A DNA stretch of 64,000 bases. It comes from Lama glama. Lineage: Eukaryota. Shown here piece after piece: positions 37,071-51,815 of this stretch (position 1 is the first letter of the stretch; the number at the start of each line of letters is the position of its first letter). The DNA is taken from the NCBI GenBank assembly GCA_028534125.1, contig CM052817.1, forward strand, positions 13,394,001-13,458,000. Reading direction: 5' to 3'. The position numbers and the translations under genes were made by a program. The notes below the pieces were generated by a model, which ran no database searches, was not told the DNA's origin, and saw only the letters and a program-made list of their open reading frames with translations.

Positions 37071-39450
37071 CTGAACTTCATTCAAGAGCGCTTCCTTCCT
37101 GGTCGGGCTTTGGCCAAGAGTTGCTTTTGTCGGCCTTAATTGAAACTGGCCGCCTTTACCCCACTCTCCCCAACCATCTCCATTTTTTCCTCCCTCCACT
37201 ACCTCCTCATTTTCTAACTTTGACGACAACTTGGCCCTGAATGGTCTTAGGTATTTAGAAATGTATGGTGTTGGAGAGGGAGGGCTAGGAAAATGGAAGG
37301 CAGATAGAAGACCCTTACTACTGGCTCTTTGGAATTACTTTTTGGTGAAAAGGGATTGGGTAGGTGGATATTGAGCTGTTTCTCCGTTCTTTGGAATTCG
37401 AAGGAGCCTTAGAGATGGATCACAGCTTCTTTAGAGGGGCTCCTATTACACTTTTTGGAACTTTCCAAACACCAGATTAGAGAGTAGGGAAAAAAATGTG
37501 GACCCTGCCTCTGAGCATTTAGCAAGTAGTTTAGCAAGTAGTTCAGTGCAGTGGTCTCAAAGCCAGATGCGGGAAGAAAATGCAAGTGGGAAAAGGAGGT
37601 TATATGAACTGTCCAAAGCAATGAAAGAGAAGTGTGCTTTCCTAGCATTGACGCAGATGCCTATAACCCCTTGTAGATGACCCGCAGCAGTGGGGCCCTG
37701 CTTGGTTTGTTTGCTCTCTGGTGTTGTGACATAGTTTAGGTGTTGGGGTTAAGTGGTTTTATGGCTTCTCGTGTCTTTTTAGAATCCATATTGTTTTATA
37801 AAAGAATGCGGGGTGACCTTCATAGTATGTATAATACAGAATAATTCTTACTTTTTCACTTCCTTCCACCATTATCCCTTTACACCACCCTCCACGTGTT
37901 AATGAAAAAGCACTCAAAAGAGTTGAGTGTAAAATGAATTAAGTTTTTTTCCTTTACAAACAACTCATGCTCCAGGTTTGCTGTCAGTGGCATGTTCCCA
38001 GATGTATGTTATTTTTCAAAGTTGAGCACACTTAAGTTGTCTTTAAGGTAAAGGGTGGTACTTTTAACAATAAAAAACTAACTGATTTGGAAAGAATCTC
38101 TTTAACATAGGGTGTTTTGAAAATGGACATAGAAATGTTTGCATCCTTGTGTGTGTATGTTTTGATATTGTTGCTGAAAATTACATAATTATATTACACA
38201 TAAAAACTATCCTGTAGACTTCCTTTGGAAGCTCAATTTTCTAACAGGTTTTTCAAAGGAAGGGTTTCAGTGGCTTCTTGAACTTACTCAAAAATATAAC
38301 GCAGCACTTTCCCATTAGTACCTTACAAGAACAGCTATTTGACATAAAGGAAGATAGAAACTGAGTTGTTCCAACAAAAACTTCTGCAGAATTGGTAGGT
38401 AGTGTTGAAAAATGTGCATCAAGGTTTGGTGTGGTGAACTGTCCTCTTTCTGTGTTTGTGTGTAGGCATCTTTGTGATGCATCTTGACAGCTATGACAAT
38501 TGACAACCACAAGAAGCTGAACTTAAATCAGATCTTCAAATTGACAGCACAACTGTTAAAACAAAATTTTCAAAAAGTAGGAAACATTAAGTTACATTAG
38601 TTACACTATTGTTAATAATACTAAAAAAACCCACTTTGTACCATTATAAAGAATATGCTAATAGCTAAAACTGTGTGCCAAGCGCTTCTCTAAATGTTTT
38701 ACATATATTAGCTTACTAGTCTTCATCAGCTTTTAGGGTAGATTGTTACTCTATTCCCAGACTTGAGGAAACTCAAATTTCCTTGACATAGGTTTTTGTT
38801 TGTTTTTTGTTTTTTTTTTAACAGAAACTTAGATCATACTGTTCCCCATCAGGAGCTTCTCAAAACAGAAACTAAGTACAATAGTAAATACTTGTTGAAT
38901 AATCACTGAAATGCAATATTAGGTCGACATAATTAAAGCCAGCCTTTGCTTCTCTGAGAATATTATCTGACAACTTAAGCGAGCTATTAATTACCATATT
39001 TCTAGACAATGCCTTTGGGATGAATGTGATGTGTGATACTGAGGAGTTAATTCCTCTGCTGGAAGGAAGATGAGAAAATTAGGTCAATGTATTAAATCAA
39101 GAAAATTGAAATTTAAAATTATTCTGTGTACAGAAATAATCTTACATTTAGTGTATCTTTACAAGGTACTTTGATCTGGTCACAGCCTATTTGAAATATT
39201 TTGGGGCTGAGTGTTACTGCATGGAACTTTGTCCTCCTTGTGAAGATTTCTAATTTGTCAAGTAAATTAAAATCATCTCATGTGAGGAATCATTTAAGAA
39301 AGCATCAGTGTTAATCCTGAAGAAGAGAAAGCCGAGCAGTTGAGAGTCATGTCCTCAAATATTTGAAAAGCTGTCATTTGGAAGTGGAAGAGGACTTGGA
39401 CTTTACCTGTGTTGCCTTAAGAGAAGATCTTGCAGTGTAGTTAATGGGTG

Positions 39451-39453
<3 letters not shown>

Positions 39454-39485
<32 letters not shown>
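39454..39485. repeat. (GT)n microsatellite
   Basis: Visible run. Confidence 0.95.
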
Positions 39486-39487
<2 letters not shown>

Positions 39488-40643
39488 GAATGACTATATT
39501 AAAGACTTAAAGTGGGAAGTGCTCTAATGGAAGAATAATTGGAGTGTCAGATAAATGGGGGAACGAAATAATCAAGTAGAAAAAGAAGGAAGCAGTAGAA
39601 ACAAGATCAGAAAAGGCTGCGTGGAACTTGGGATGGGAGCTAGACCTAGAAATGCCAGCAGGCATTTGAGTGTGTGAGTTGGGGTATGTGTGGTGGAAGA
39701 TTCCTTGAAATAATTTGATTAGGCTGGAAATCACCATGAACCAGAGCCCTCCCGTTAGCAGAAAAGAGGAAATTGTGAAAGAGGAAGAAGTGAACCACCA
39801 TTTACTGGGTGAGCAACTAAATATATTATCTTATTTACTCTTCAGTAACAGCTTTGATAGGCTTGTGTTATCTCCCCCTTTTTAATAGGTCAAGGAATCG
39901 AGGCTTAGGGAGATTTAAATAATCTGCCTAAATTCATAAAGCTGTAATTGATAGAGATGAAATGTAGACCCAGATCTGAGCCTGAAGCTCCTTCTGCCTC
40001 ATCACACATTGATCACATCTGTAGCACTGAGTATAGAAAGTGGAGGAAAAAGAGACATCAGTGTTCCCAAATTTTTCAGCCTAAGGGACCAGAAAACTGG
40101 TGGTACCTTGGAGTGACGAGGGGTTCATAACCTCAGTGTGGTAACCTCAGTTTTGGTTATGTTCAGTTTAAGAAACTTACAGTGCATTTAGTGGAGAGTT
40201 CATTATGTCACTGGAAAAGTAGGGCTTGATGTTAGCATTCAGAGCTTTAGGAGTATGGAGGCCAGAAAAGACGGAGACAGTAGGGGATGTGCCAACCACT
40301 TTTTCCAGAAATCAGTCTGTATTTTCTGAATAGAGCCAGAGGATTACAGTGAGTTTCTAAATGTGTATTTTGACAGTTTGGATGGGAAAGTGCATATTTT
40401 TATACATCTCACTTTCTTACAGATGGTTTTTAATTTCTGATATTTTTATTATTATTGGAGTTGATGCAGTTGCATATTTTCTTATTGGCTTTTCAGATAT
40501 TTTGCTCCATACCATACCTTTTTAGTGGTTCTTTTAGTGTATTTCGTACTCTGTCCTTTTGGGTCTTTATATTGTCAGTGAATCCTCCTCCCCAGAAATG
40601 GTGAAATCAAGTTTCATTTAACTGCAGGAGTGAAAGGGAAGCC

Positions 40644-40695
40644 ATGCAGAAATCAGAGTGCCAGAGAGGCGTGCAGCTGAGGAACACAGTGACAG
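40644..40695 (+). CDS. PACRGL: PACRG-like protein, first coding exon (MQKSECQRGVQLRNTVT)
   Basis: Acceptor ctgcag ends at 40627; GCCATG start at 40644; donor ACAG|gtacgg. Confidence 0.93.
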
Positions 40696-40738
40696 GTACG
40701 GAATGTTGATTTTTAAACGAAGAGGTGAATTTTGTTAA

Positions 40739-40999
<261 letters not shown>

Positions 41000-43251
41000 T
41001 AATAGGCACTTATACTCTGTTGAGCCATTCTGCGTGTTCTCCCAAGTTCCTTTTGTTTGTCAGTTTTAAGCTAGTGGTGAAGGAAGGCATATGATGACCA
41101 TGGTGAAGAATGGAGATAGTGTTGTGAGTGTGGAAATGAGGGATAAAGTAGAAATTAACCAGTTATGGTACATCCTAGCATATTCATAGATGACTCTTGT
41201 GGAGTCTAAAGTAAATTATGTATTCATTTTCTTTTTTTTATTTACTATGGTTATTATACTTCCTAATATCAATGAATAAACTTGCATTCAATTGCCGTAG
41301 GATGAATTACATGCTTTCATAGTTGCATAAAGATCTCTGACTATTTCCCTGTGATCTATAAAGTAGCTCCAGCAGAATTCGTAACCACAGTACTCGCTTT
41401 CTTTTGCCTTCTCACAGCAACTTAATCACATTTAACAAACATAGAAGTGCATAATTGTGAGTTTCTAGGTCAGTGGATTATCCAAAAAGTGAACACACTT
41501 GGGTGGCAACACCAGATGGTAACCAGCCTTACAGAGGGTAAGATGATAATGGTGTCAGCCTTTAAAGGGGACTATGAGAGTGGCTGAGATGTGGACTTTG
41601 AGGGCAGGTAAAATCTGGCAGTTCCTTAGGAAAGGATGCAGTGAACTATCCAAAGGCAGAAGGAGATTGTCTAACTTTATAAAAGAAAACTAGAAAATAG
41701 TTTAAGCATGTATGTTCCTTTGCTTCTTTCTGTAAGTTTCAGCGTCAAGGAACTCGAACACCTGAAGAGTGTCCTGATACCTCCTTGTCGGTGCTTCCTT
41801 TTCTCATATTTAGTTGAGGGCATTTATGGTGACGCTTCAATTTTCTTCCTCTCTTTAAGGAAAAACTAAGTAGTAGGATTGAGCGGCCCTCCTCTTAAAT
41901 TTTATTAAAAATTAAGGAAAGCCTTTGGGAAATAATGATTTGACCTGAGAACAGGGTATATTAGAAAAGACCATGTCTAAGAGATACAGAAGCTTCCAAT
42001 CCAGGACAAATCCGTTGGAAGCCGGGATGGTGGTTAGCTTTCAGGGAGGGGTGGGTAGGCGCTGGGGGAGATGCCGCGGAGGCTCCTAGGGCACTGGTGG
42101 CGTTCAGGGTTTCCACCTGAGTGTTGTTACATGGGTGTGTTCACTTTTTGAGAATTCACTGATTTATACACTTAAAATTTTTGTGCTTTAATGTGCCTAA
42201 ATTTTAAGTATCTTACTTAAACATGATTTTTAAAACTTACGTTTTTCTCAGCACAAATTATAATTAGATAAATGAAACATTAGTATTGCTGTCACTTGTC
42301 ACCCAGAACATGGATTGAGCTAAGACACATTAATCTTCTATTAGAATACCATATTTTAATGAAATGTCATTTATGTATCTTTACTTAAAACATAAGTGCT
42401 TTTCCAGAGGGAAAAGGGTTAATTCTAAACTTAAACATTTAAGTACATTTTTCAATTACTGAATGTGACTTAAAAAATTTTTCTTAGCTAGTTATATCTT
42501 TAAAAGAGGTTAGTAAGTTTATATTTTGTAATTTAGACAACTGTGTTTCATTTGATTATGTTCAAAGAACCACGTAGTAAAATACTTACTTTTTGTGCCT
42601 CAATTCTTTAATCAGTTATATTGAAGTTATGTAAGCTGTGATTGCATAGCTACTGTGATTGATCATCTTTTAAATTGTCTTTGAGAGTACGTACAGAATT
42701 AATTTATTCTTAAAATAATAGATAGAAAAGCTGGCAGTTGGGAAGTTATATATCCAGGCAGACACATCAGGGCATGTGTTGGTGAGAGTCTTGCTCTGTC
42801 TTCAGCTCTATCACCCCTGCTCATCCTCAGCCTTTGATTTTTGTAGAAGCTTAAAACCAGATTGGAGAAACTACAGGTTCTCTGACCATCCAACTATTCA
42901 TGTTTGAGTGGAGCACAAGTAAGAGATGTGCTAGAGGGTGAAAACAAACATCCTTGCTCTGTACTTGACACCTTGTCTCCACTTAGCCCTCACCTTAAAC
43001 GTCACAGATGGGGAGGGGTGGAAGAGTGTGTTACCTTTGCTGTGTTTGTTTATAGTATTTATATTTAATACTATTTGTCTACAGCATGTTTATTTTATAC
43101 ATGGTTTCTGCTACCTTCCAGTCTTCTGAAACAAGGATAAAAGGGAATATACAAAATGCTGCTATGGTTGTGGTTTCAGTATTGAGAGGACTGAGCGTGT
43201 TTCTCAGCCACCTTTCTGAGTAGAATGATGCACTGGATACAGGCGCTGTGA

Positions 43252-43434
<183 letters not shown>

Positions 43435-44289
43435 TAAAAATCAATGCAAGTCGTAACTGACTATATTATTCAAAAAAATTGAGTAAAATTAATACAGTTT
43501 TCAGTTTAAATGTACTGAAAGTTTTATTTACTAGGGAGGTTGGAATGAAGGTGACTTACTCATACTTTGGCTGTTGGATTGGTATAGATCCTGGGACATT
43601 GTTGAAGAGAATCATCTTAATTCCAACATAGGGTTACTGATAAATCTACGTAAACCAACAAATAATTTAAGAAATTGAATTAACCAGTTTCTGAAATGAT
43701 TTTTTGAAATTATATTTTAAAAGTTCAAAATTTCAAAAATCGCAAGTTTATATTTATTGAAATTATATTTCGTAATGAATATATATAGCTGTTTTGTTTA
43801 CTTTTGATACAGTTCTTGCGACCTTTCTGGACAGACATCAAAACTATTTTAAAGAAAACAATACAGGTTACTAATAGAGTGATATCATTTTAAGATTTCA
43901 ATACTGAGAAACGTTAATGTCTTCTAAGTATATCCAGTTTTATCCTGTTCTGGGTAATAGAAAATTTTGTTTTCATTGTAGATGTTGTGGAATCACAACG
44001 TTCTTTTTGTTGTTATTGCTGTTGTTCTAAAATTCAAGGAATGTAGTTTTTAATGCTATTTTCAGATTTGAAGGACTATGGGTGAAAAATAAGCTCAGGA
44101 AGCATTCTTTAATTTCTTGTTGTTACCATTTTGTACTTGAAACTCTTTTAAGGTTTTTATACCTCCTTCCCTCCGAGCAATTTGTTATTGCTAAAAAACA
44201 ATGTTACTGAGGCTTCTTGATATTATGAAAATTACACAAAAGAGGGTGTCAAGTTGAGAGCATTGGAGAAGGATTGTGAAGTGACAGCT

Positions 44290-44432
44290 GAGGGGGATGA
44301 ATAAGTTCATGGTCATGAGTGTGATGATGGTTCCACGGATGTATTCATACATCAAAACTTACCAACTTTTCACTTCACAACGACGTCCTTTTATTTCATG
44401 TTAGTTATGCCTCAATAAAGGCCATTAAAAAA
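44290..44432 (+). mobile_element. Old L1M 3' end fragment
   Basis: gtgatgatggttccacgg.tgtattcatacatcaaaactta...ttatgcctcaataaag. Confidence 0.65.
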
Positions 44433-44971
44433 GAAGCAGCAGCAGTGGCTCTAATTCAAGGGGATAGCACTTCAGTCACCCTGCATGGCCGTCTCACCTT
44501 CCTGGCCTCTGTGTTCTCTTTAACAGGGACAAAACCTGGCTTGCCTTTAGATTATTCGCATTAGAGTGAAATGATCTATATCTGAAAAATAATGTCACTT
44601 ATTAAAAAATTATTTCTAATTATTACATTTTGTTTGTGTATTTTGTGATATGCTTGCTATAGGTTTGTCTACAGGTTACCTATTTTGTTATAATTATGAC
44701 TGTAACATATCAAATGTAACGTTTGCATTAAGACACAAATAGCAACGTGCTTGAACTCCAAAACTGTAGACTTAACAAATGTGGAATTGTTTAGTTTTGC
44801 CACCAAACAATTTTGTTGAGAGAGTATGAATTTGCAGGGTTATAAATACAAGTGTATATTATTGCTTTATAGGATGCTTTCGTAATATTTAAGGTCCTGG
44901 TATTTACAAAATAATTCTAATATGGTTATGTTCTAGAAAGAATATGTATATTTTAGATAATCACTGCTTAA

Positions 44972-45157
<186 letters not shown>

Positions 45158-47296
45158 TAATTGCATTAAGTGTTATCTTGTAACTCATTAGTAAATCTCA
45201 TTCTTTACTTTTGAAATAAAAGCCAAACAACAGACATTAAAACACCATGCTCCCTTAGGAACTAATTATGATTGTTATATGTTTATTAGAAACTGATTAA
45301 CCAGCTTTATAAACATGAAATGAGTCTGCATGGGGATTTGTAGATAAGTGGATGAAATGTTCATATTTAATTATTTAAAAAGTGCTTGGAACCCTATTGA
45401 ACTAGTTAAATCAAGAGAACATCCGGTGTTTAAACTTATACTGCATCAGATAACAATGACTAGTGGTCCCTTTTTATAGAACCAGTCATGTTTAACATGA
45501 TATGCTTCTTAGGGAACTGATATTAACTACTAAACATTCTTTTGGAGAATTCTCTGGACTTTTGCCTACTTGTACATTTGAAGTAGAATATCATGGAGAT
45601 GGTTTTTGTAGAGGATTTTAGAAAAACCTCTGATAGATTCCTTTATATTGTTTAACATTTGTGTCAGGAAAAAAGGTGGCAGAGTATAAGCTTGAAGTGA
45701 GTCAATGATATCTTCTGTGGATTTTATTATTTATAACTTTATAGAATCAGAAGTTGAGAAATGAATTAACCAGTTGTCTTATAGTTAAACTTTTAGATAA
45801 CTTATCTTCTTTAAGAGTTAAGAATCATTTTCGTTGTTGTTGCTATTAAACTAGTCTTTCAATTTGTGCCTAAATTTATTAATTTAAATAGGCAATGCCT
45901 CTAGGTTAAGTCATATAGTAGTAAGTAATCTAAATAAAAATGTGACAGTGAAAAAACTCAGACAAAAAACATTTGCTTTTCTTGTAGAACACTGGGGAGG
46001 GCCAGGTGGCAACAGAGCAGAGAAAGTAGATACTTTTGCTGATTGAGATTTCTTATTTGTAGTTAATCCTTAGAATATCTAATTCCTCCTGTAGTTTTCC
46101 AAGTGTATTTAACCTTTTAAATGGACACAATAGTTACTACTGAAGACTGCCAAGTTATTTTAGGTCTTAGCTTTTCTTAATTTATACCTCAGCTTGCAGA
46201 ATTATTTTGGTATAATAAGCTGTGTGTCTTATGGGTAATCTATTTTGAAATTAAATTTGAATCAAAAACTTTTAAACTTGGTATTAAAAACTAAAGATGT
46301 TCTAACGTTTCACAAGTTCTTTTTTAAACTTTAAATTTTTTACATACAGTTTTTTAGATGAATCAAAACTATGATACCTTTGAAAGCATATTCTAGCTAA
46401 TCACAGAGTAGGGGGAGTGCTTTAATTTGGGGCTCTGAGCTTAGTTTATTTTAAATACCTGTTTTCTAAACTCCTGTGCTTTTATTTCAGTACTGGGTAA
46501 AGTTTTAGCCTTCCCCCCTGCTCATTTAATAATGGGGAAGTAGTGACAGCACCACCACTGCTGAAATCCATTTCACCTCTTCACCTGAGATTCCTCATCT
46601 CTAAAATCAGCAGGATAGGGACGCTCCTAAGACCGCAGAGGCTGTGTTCAAGGTGGTGCCAGTGTGCTTAGCAGCGTAGTTTTCAAAAGCATGATGGCAT
46701 CTAGGAAAGAGGAAGCGTTTGATCCCCATTTGGAAGCAGACAGTTTGGTTTAAAGGACAAATTGGTTGAAAAGCAATATTTTTAGGCATGAGCCTGGGGC
46801 TGGTTATACTTGTTCACGGATAATAATTAGTCAGGCTGAGGGAATATTGCTGTTGCTTTCTTTGTTTTTATCTTTTCACGCACAAAACCTGATGGGTCTT
46901 TTATCCTGATTCAAAGTGATCAGTTAAATCGAAAGAGTACTGTCTAATTGTTCCTAATGCATTTAGGATGAAAGGCATAGTGAGAAGTGGGTCACCCAGG
47001 TTTGGGGTTTTTTCAGTATTTTGACATTCTGATGTTAAAAATGACATTTGAAATTTTACAGTGCATTTTAAACATAGTATAAGATATGTCTTCTAAATAT
47101 CTTAGTATTTAAATACGAAGGAAATGTAGTATTTTAGAAACTCATTAAGCAGGTTGCAAAATCACCGAAAAGGTAGGGGGTCCAGTAATTATGCATTCAT
47201 AAAGTGGAGTTTATGAACATACATTTTAGACTAATTTGCTGTGATTTCAGGCAGTGTTTGGGAGTATATACAGCATGTTTTTGGTGCCCTGGTGAG

Positions 47297-47486
47297 TTTT
47301 TTTCCTTTTCTTCTCTGTATTTCTTTTTGTTTACCTTTCTTCTCCCTCCCATCCCACTTCTTTTTCTCTCTTCTCTTTTTTCCTTTAGTTTCTTTTTCTT
47401 TATTTCTTTTATTTTTCTTTGCTTCTCCTCTGTTTTTTCCTATTCCTTTCATTTTTTTTCTTACTCTTTCCCTTCCTTCTTTCTTT
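47297..47486. repeat. Polypyrimidine low-complexity tract
   Basis: About 190 nt almost entirely T/C, in the intron upstream of coding exon 5. Confidence 0.85.
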
Positions 47487-47674
47487 GGTTAGAGATCCTT
47501 CCTGTCACGTGTTTGTCATATGTTCCACAATTTCTTAGTTTAACTGAAATTGTAATTCCTGAAATTATATTTCACTAATAGGAAAACAATGATAGTAAAA
47601 CTTGATTCTCACTTACAGTAGTAAGGAGTGATTTTTTTTTTTTTTTGCCATTAACATCACTAAATGGGTAGTAA

Positions 47675-47854
<180 letters not shown>

Positions 47855-48185
47855 TAGACTTTTTATGGTACATTTAGAATATAATATGTCTTTTTTCCTC
47901 CAAATTATATGCAAATTTGTTCTTTGCTTGTGATTTTGATGTGTGTGCAGAATTAGGCCAGTGTTACTCAGGGTCAGGTGATTACTTACTGGAAAACACC
48001 TTTAGAGGATGTACTAAAGGTAAAAAGGGACATCTTGAGTAATTAGAGAAAATAATGAACTTCAAATCAGCCTTTCTGTATGCTGCAATGTATTTTAATT
48101 AATGTTTCGGTCAAGCTGAAAATTGGTTATTTGCTTCTGGGTGTCCTGTGCTAAAGGTTATTTCTAAAATTCTGTGTTTGGTTGA

Positions 48186-48476
<291 letters not shown>

Positions 48477-48934
48477 TAATGGCTTCCAGTTAATCATTAA
48501 AATGATTCAAAAAAAAAAAAAACTCATCATCCTAACCAAAAAATATAGATGTCAGACCTAGTTATTCATAGAACATTTTTACTAGTGGACAGTATTCTCT
48601 TTACTTTTTTTTTAAAATGAACTCATGTACATGAGCAAAACTTAGAGTTATAATAATAATAAGCAGAAGTAAAAATGAAAGTAAGGAAGAGCTGAATGGA
48701 CAAAAATTAATGAACAGTGTAATCATACCATACCCGAGCTGATTAGCTGTGAACTGTAAGCAGAGCTTATACGTATTCTTGTGTAATTGGATATTGCCAA
48801 AGCTGTTTTTCACCTTTTTTTTTCCTTTTTCTTTGTTTTACATTGTAAGTTTTAGTGAGTCTGTAAGTAACATTCAGGATGAGACGTTTTCCCGTTAGGG
48901 GTAGTTTAACACTATCACAAACATGTATTGGGGG

Positions 48935-49368
48935 CACTGTGCAATTCAGGAGGTCACCAAGACCACCCTTAGGCTGAACAATTTGCTGAAAGGACTCATG
49001 AAACTCAGAAAAGGTATTATTCACTGTTACATTTTATCACAATGAAAGAACAGATTAAAATCGGCTAAGGAAGGAGGTGCGCAGAAGCTCACTTAAGCCT
49101 GGGTGTCCAGGGTTCTCACTGCAGTTTGTCATGGCATCACCGCCTGTCCCCCTGTTGACCTTAGTCTCCAGTCTCTCTGGAATTGAACTAATTGTTTGTG
49201 GCCCAAGGCCCCACTGTAAGTCACACTGTTGGCATTGACTGTCTGTGTGGCCCAAGGCCCCAGGTAAACAACACTCTCATCTGGCAGGATATTCCAAGAG
49301 CTTAGCAGTTTCCATCCAGGAGCAAGGTCCAAACCTTTCTTTATGCAAAGTTACTCCTTTCCTGCACA
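48935..49368 (-). mobile_element. MER68/MER77/MER21-group ERVL LTR
   Basis: ccaagaccacccttagg...gaaaggactcatgaaactcagaaaag...acagattaaaatc. Confidence 0.65.
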
Positions 49369-49693
49369 TGCTGATGTAAAGATTAAGGTCCTGGCTGGGA
49401 TACCTGAAGCTAGGACTTCTCCCTGTGGATCCTCTGTAGTTCAGAACCGAGATGTGTATGTTGGTAATAGTTCTACTTTTTTCTTGGACCCATCCACCTG
49501 AGAGATCCTAGAACTGTATTTTTAATTTCTTCTACAGATGGGCTAAGACACCCCAGGAACCATCTGGCTAAGCCCATCAGAAGTGGGAGGGAGGTGTGGT
49601 GAAAGTTGGTGTGCTGAGGTTAGAAGTGGTAGGAGATAAAGCTGCTGCAGGAAAAAACGGATGTGGGACGTGAGGAGGGCCATGTCCTAGGTC

Positions 49694-50185
49694 TCCACTG
49701 AGACCTAGTGTAGGTCCTTGGCTTCACGCGGGAGAGAATTCAGGAGTGAGCCACAGCTGAGTAAAGGTAGGTTTATTTAGAGAGATACATACTGCATAGA
49801 GTGTAGGCTGTTTCAAAAGGCAAAAGAAAGGCCATGAGGCGTGGTGTTGCCAGTTTTTACGGGCTCAGTAGCTTCACACTCCTACAAGGGGGAGGGCTCT
49901 TCCACCTACCCTGGGGAAGGGGCTGGGGTTCCCAGGAAGTGGGCCACCACCCACTCTTTGACCTTTTGTGGTCAGCCTTGGGACTGTCATGGCGCCTGTG
50001 GGCATGTTATTTAGCACGCTAATATGTTACAATGAGCATATAATGAAGCACAAGGCCTGCTAGAAATCAAACTTCCCACCATCTGAATCCTCAAGGCCTC
50101 CTGGGAGTTGAATCTTCCACCATTTTGGTGTTAATTGCTGTCAGTCCTTGAATGGCTGTGCCCTGCCCCCTTCCCTCCTGTCTCA
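49694..50185 (-). mobile_element. MER41-like ERV1 solo LTR (copy 1)
   Basis: actgtcatggcgcctgtgggcatgttatttagcacgctaat..ttacaatgagcatataatga; ends cctgtctca. Confidence 0.75.
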
Positions 50186-51020
50186 AAGTCTCACCTTGGG
50201 TCTGGTGGGGAGAAGACACAGTGAGAACAGACTCTCACACCTCAACATACAGGAAGTAGGAGGAGAGAAGGAGGAGAATCCTGGCAGGTACTTGCTTATC
50301 GCCGTTGGGTCAGCGAGTTGGGTCGTGGCTGACTGACGACAGGAATTTCACGCCAATACATAGAATGACTCATTTTAGATTGATTGCTTCGGTCAGATGT
50401 TCAGCAGTTTAACCTAAATCTCTTGCTCTCTGCCCGCCCATGCTGTGGCAGGTACTGTGTAAGGCATGGGAACGTGGCGCTCAACAAAAGCAGGTATGCC
50501 CCCCGCCCCCGTGGAGACTGGTTTTTGTTTCTGGGGAGAAGTAAGTAGAAGGACAGGCACCAAGAGAGCTGGGTGGGGTGAAGAGGAAGCCGCGCGTGAG
50601 GAGAAGGCTCCTCCCCAGACTGGGGGCTGGTGAGGACCAGAGCCTTTGCTTCCTGCACATTGTGACAGAGAGAAAAGGCCAGATCAGCAATTAACGGTAG
50701 AACTAGTTTTTTGAAGCCTTTCTGGGACACTTGAGTTAATCTTTGTTCACTCACTTTCCTCCCCCGAGCTCTGCTTTTCCTGAGACACGGACTGACTGAA
50801 CGGGCCTCTTCCCTTCACCTGGGGGAGGCCCCTGTGGTATTCCACAGAGGAGAGGCCTTGGGAACAGGACCTGTGGGGATTCGGCCCTGGTCTGTTAGCT
50901 GCGTGCCCTGTGCCCTGAGGCTCCATCGAGGCGCTGGAGGGCTCCCTTCCTCCCTCACCCACCCCACTCCACCCCTCCCCCTTCAGCCCCGGGGCTCCAT
51001 TTTCACGACTCATAGATCTC

Positions 51021-51474
51021 TGTTACCAGAGAGTAGGCCCTTGTCTCCCACAGGAAAGTGAAAGCGAGCTTATTTAGCAAGATACACCCTCCCTAGACAG
51101 AATATGGTCTTTCTCAGCAGGGAGAGCAGCCCTGGGTTGTGGGGGTGGCTAGTTTTTATGAGCTGGGTAATTTCCTATGCTAACAAGTGGGAGATTATTC
51201 TGTTCTGTTTGGGGGAAGGGGCAGGGATTTCCAGGAATTGGGCCCCTACCCATTTTTTGGCCTTTCATGATCAGCCTGGGAACTGTCTTGGCACCTGTGG
51301 TGCATCATTTAGCAGCTAATGTCTTACCATGAGTGTATAATGAAGCTCAAGTTCCCCTGTGAGTGGAATCGTCCACCATCTGGGGCCTAGTTGGTTCTAA
51401 CCAGTTTGTATTCTACCCTTGATGGCGATGTCATTCTCTTAGCGGTTGTGCCCTGCCGCCTTCCTCCTGCCTCA
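51021..51474 (-). mobile_element. MER41-like ERV1 solo LTR (copy 2)
   Basis: tgtta...aactgtcttggcacctgtgg..atttagcagctaatg..taccatgagtgtataatgaag...cctgcctca; homologous to copy 1. Confidence 0.75.
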
Positions 51475-51624
51475 CTCCTACAGTAGATGTTTATTTGAAG
51501 AAATGATTCATCTTCTAGAAAAGTAATTTCAAAACCAGTTACTGAACCTATAGACAACTAATTTTCTTCATATGCAAAATAAGTCACAGCCTTTCTGAGC
51601 TTCAGCTCTGAGAGCCTGACCCTA

Positions 51625-51815
51625 GGATGGGGATCCTCAAACTTGAAAGAGGAAATAAATGAATCACCTGGGAATCTTGCTAAAAATACACAACCTGGGC
51701 CTTTGTCCTGAGATTCTGGTAAAATTATGGGACCAAGAATCTACTTTTTCAGAGAGTATCTCCCGTGATTCTTATGGTGGTGGTTCATGGTCCCCTGCCC
51801 GAGGGGAACATGGTC
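51625..51815. mobile_element. MER5-like DNA transposon
   Basis: cctcaaacttg...gaatcacctgggaatcttgctaaaa...gtgattcttatg. Confidence 0.6.

Noticed and set aside
36772..37240. GC-rich ORFs over the CpG island
   Set aside because: Expected from stop-codon scarcity in GC-rich DNA; no homology recognised
37518..37543. 12-bp tandem duplication TTTAGCAAGTAG
   Set aside because: Ordinary slippage duplication, not an array
47204..47578. Phe/Ser/Leu-rich and Lys/Arg/Glu-rich ORFs
   Set aside because: Translation artefacts of the polypyrimidine tract
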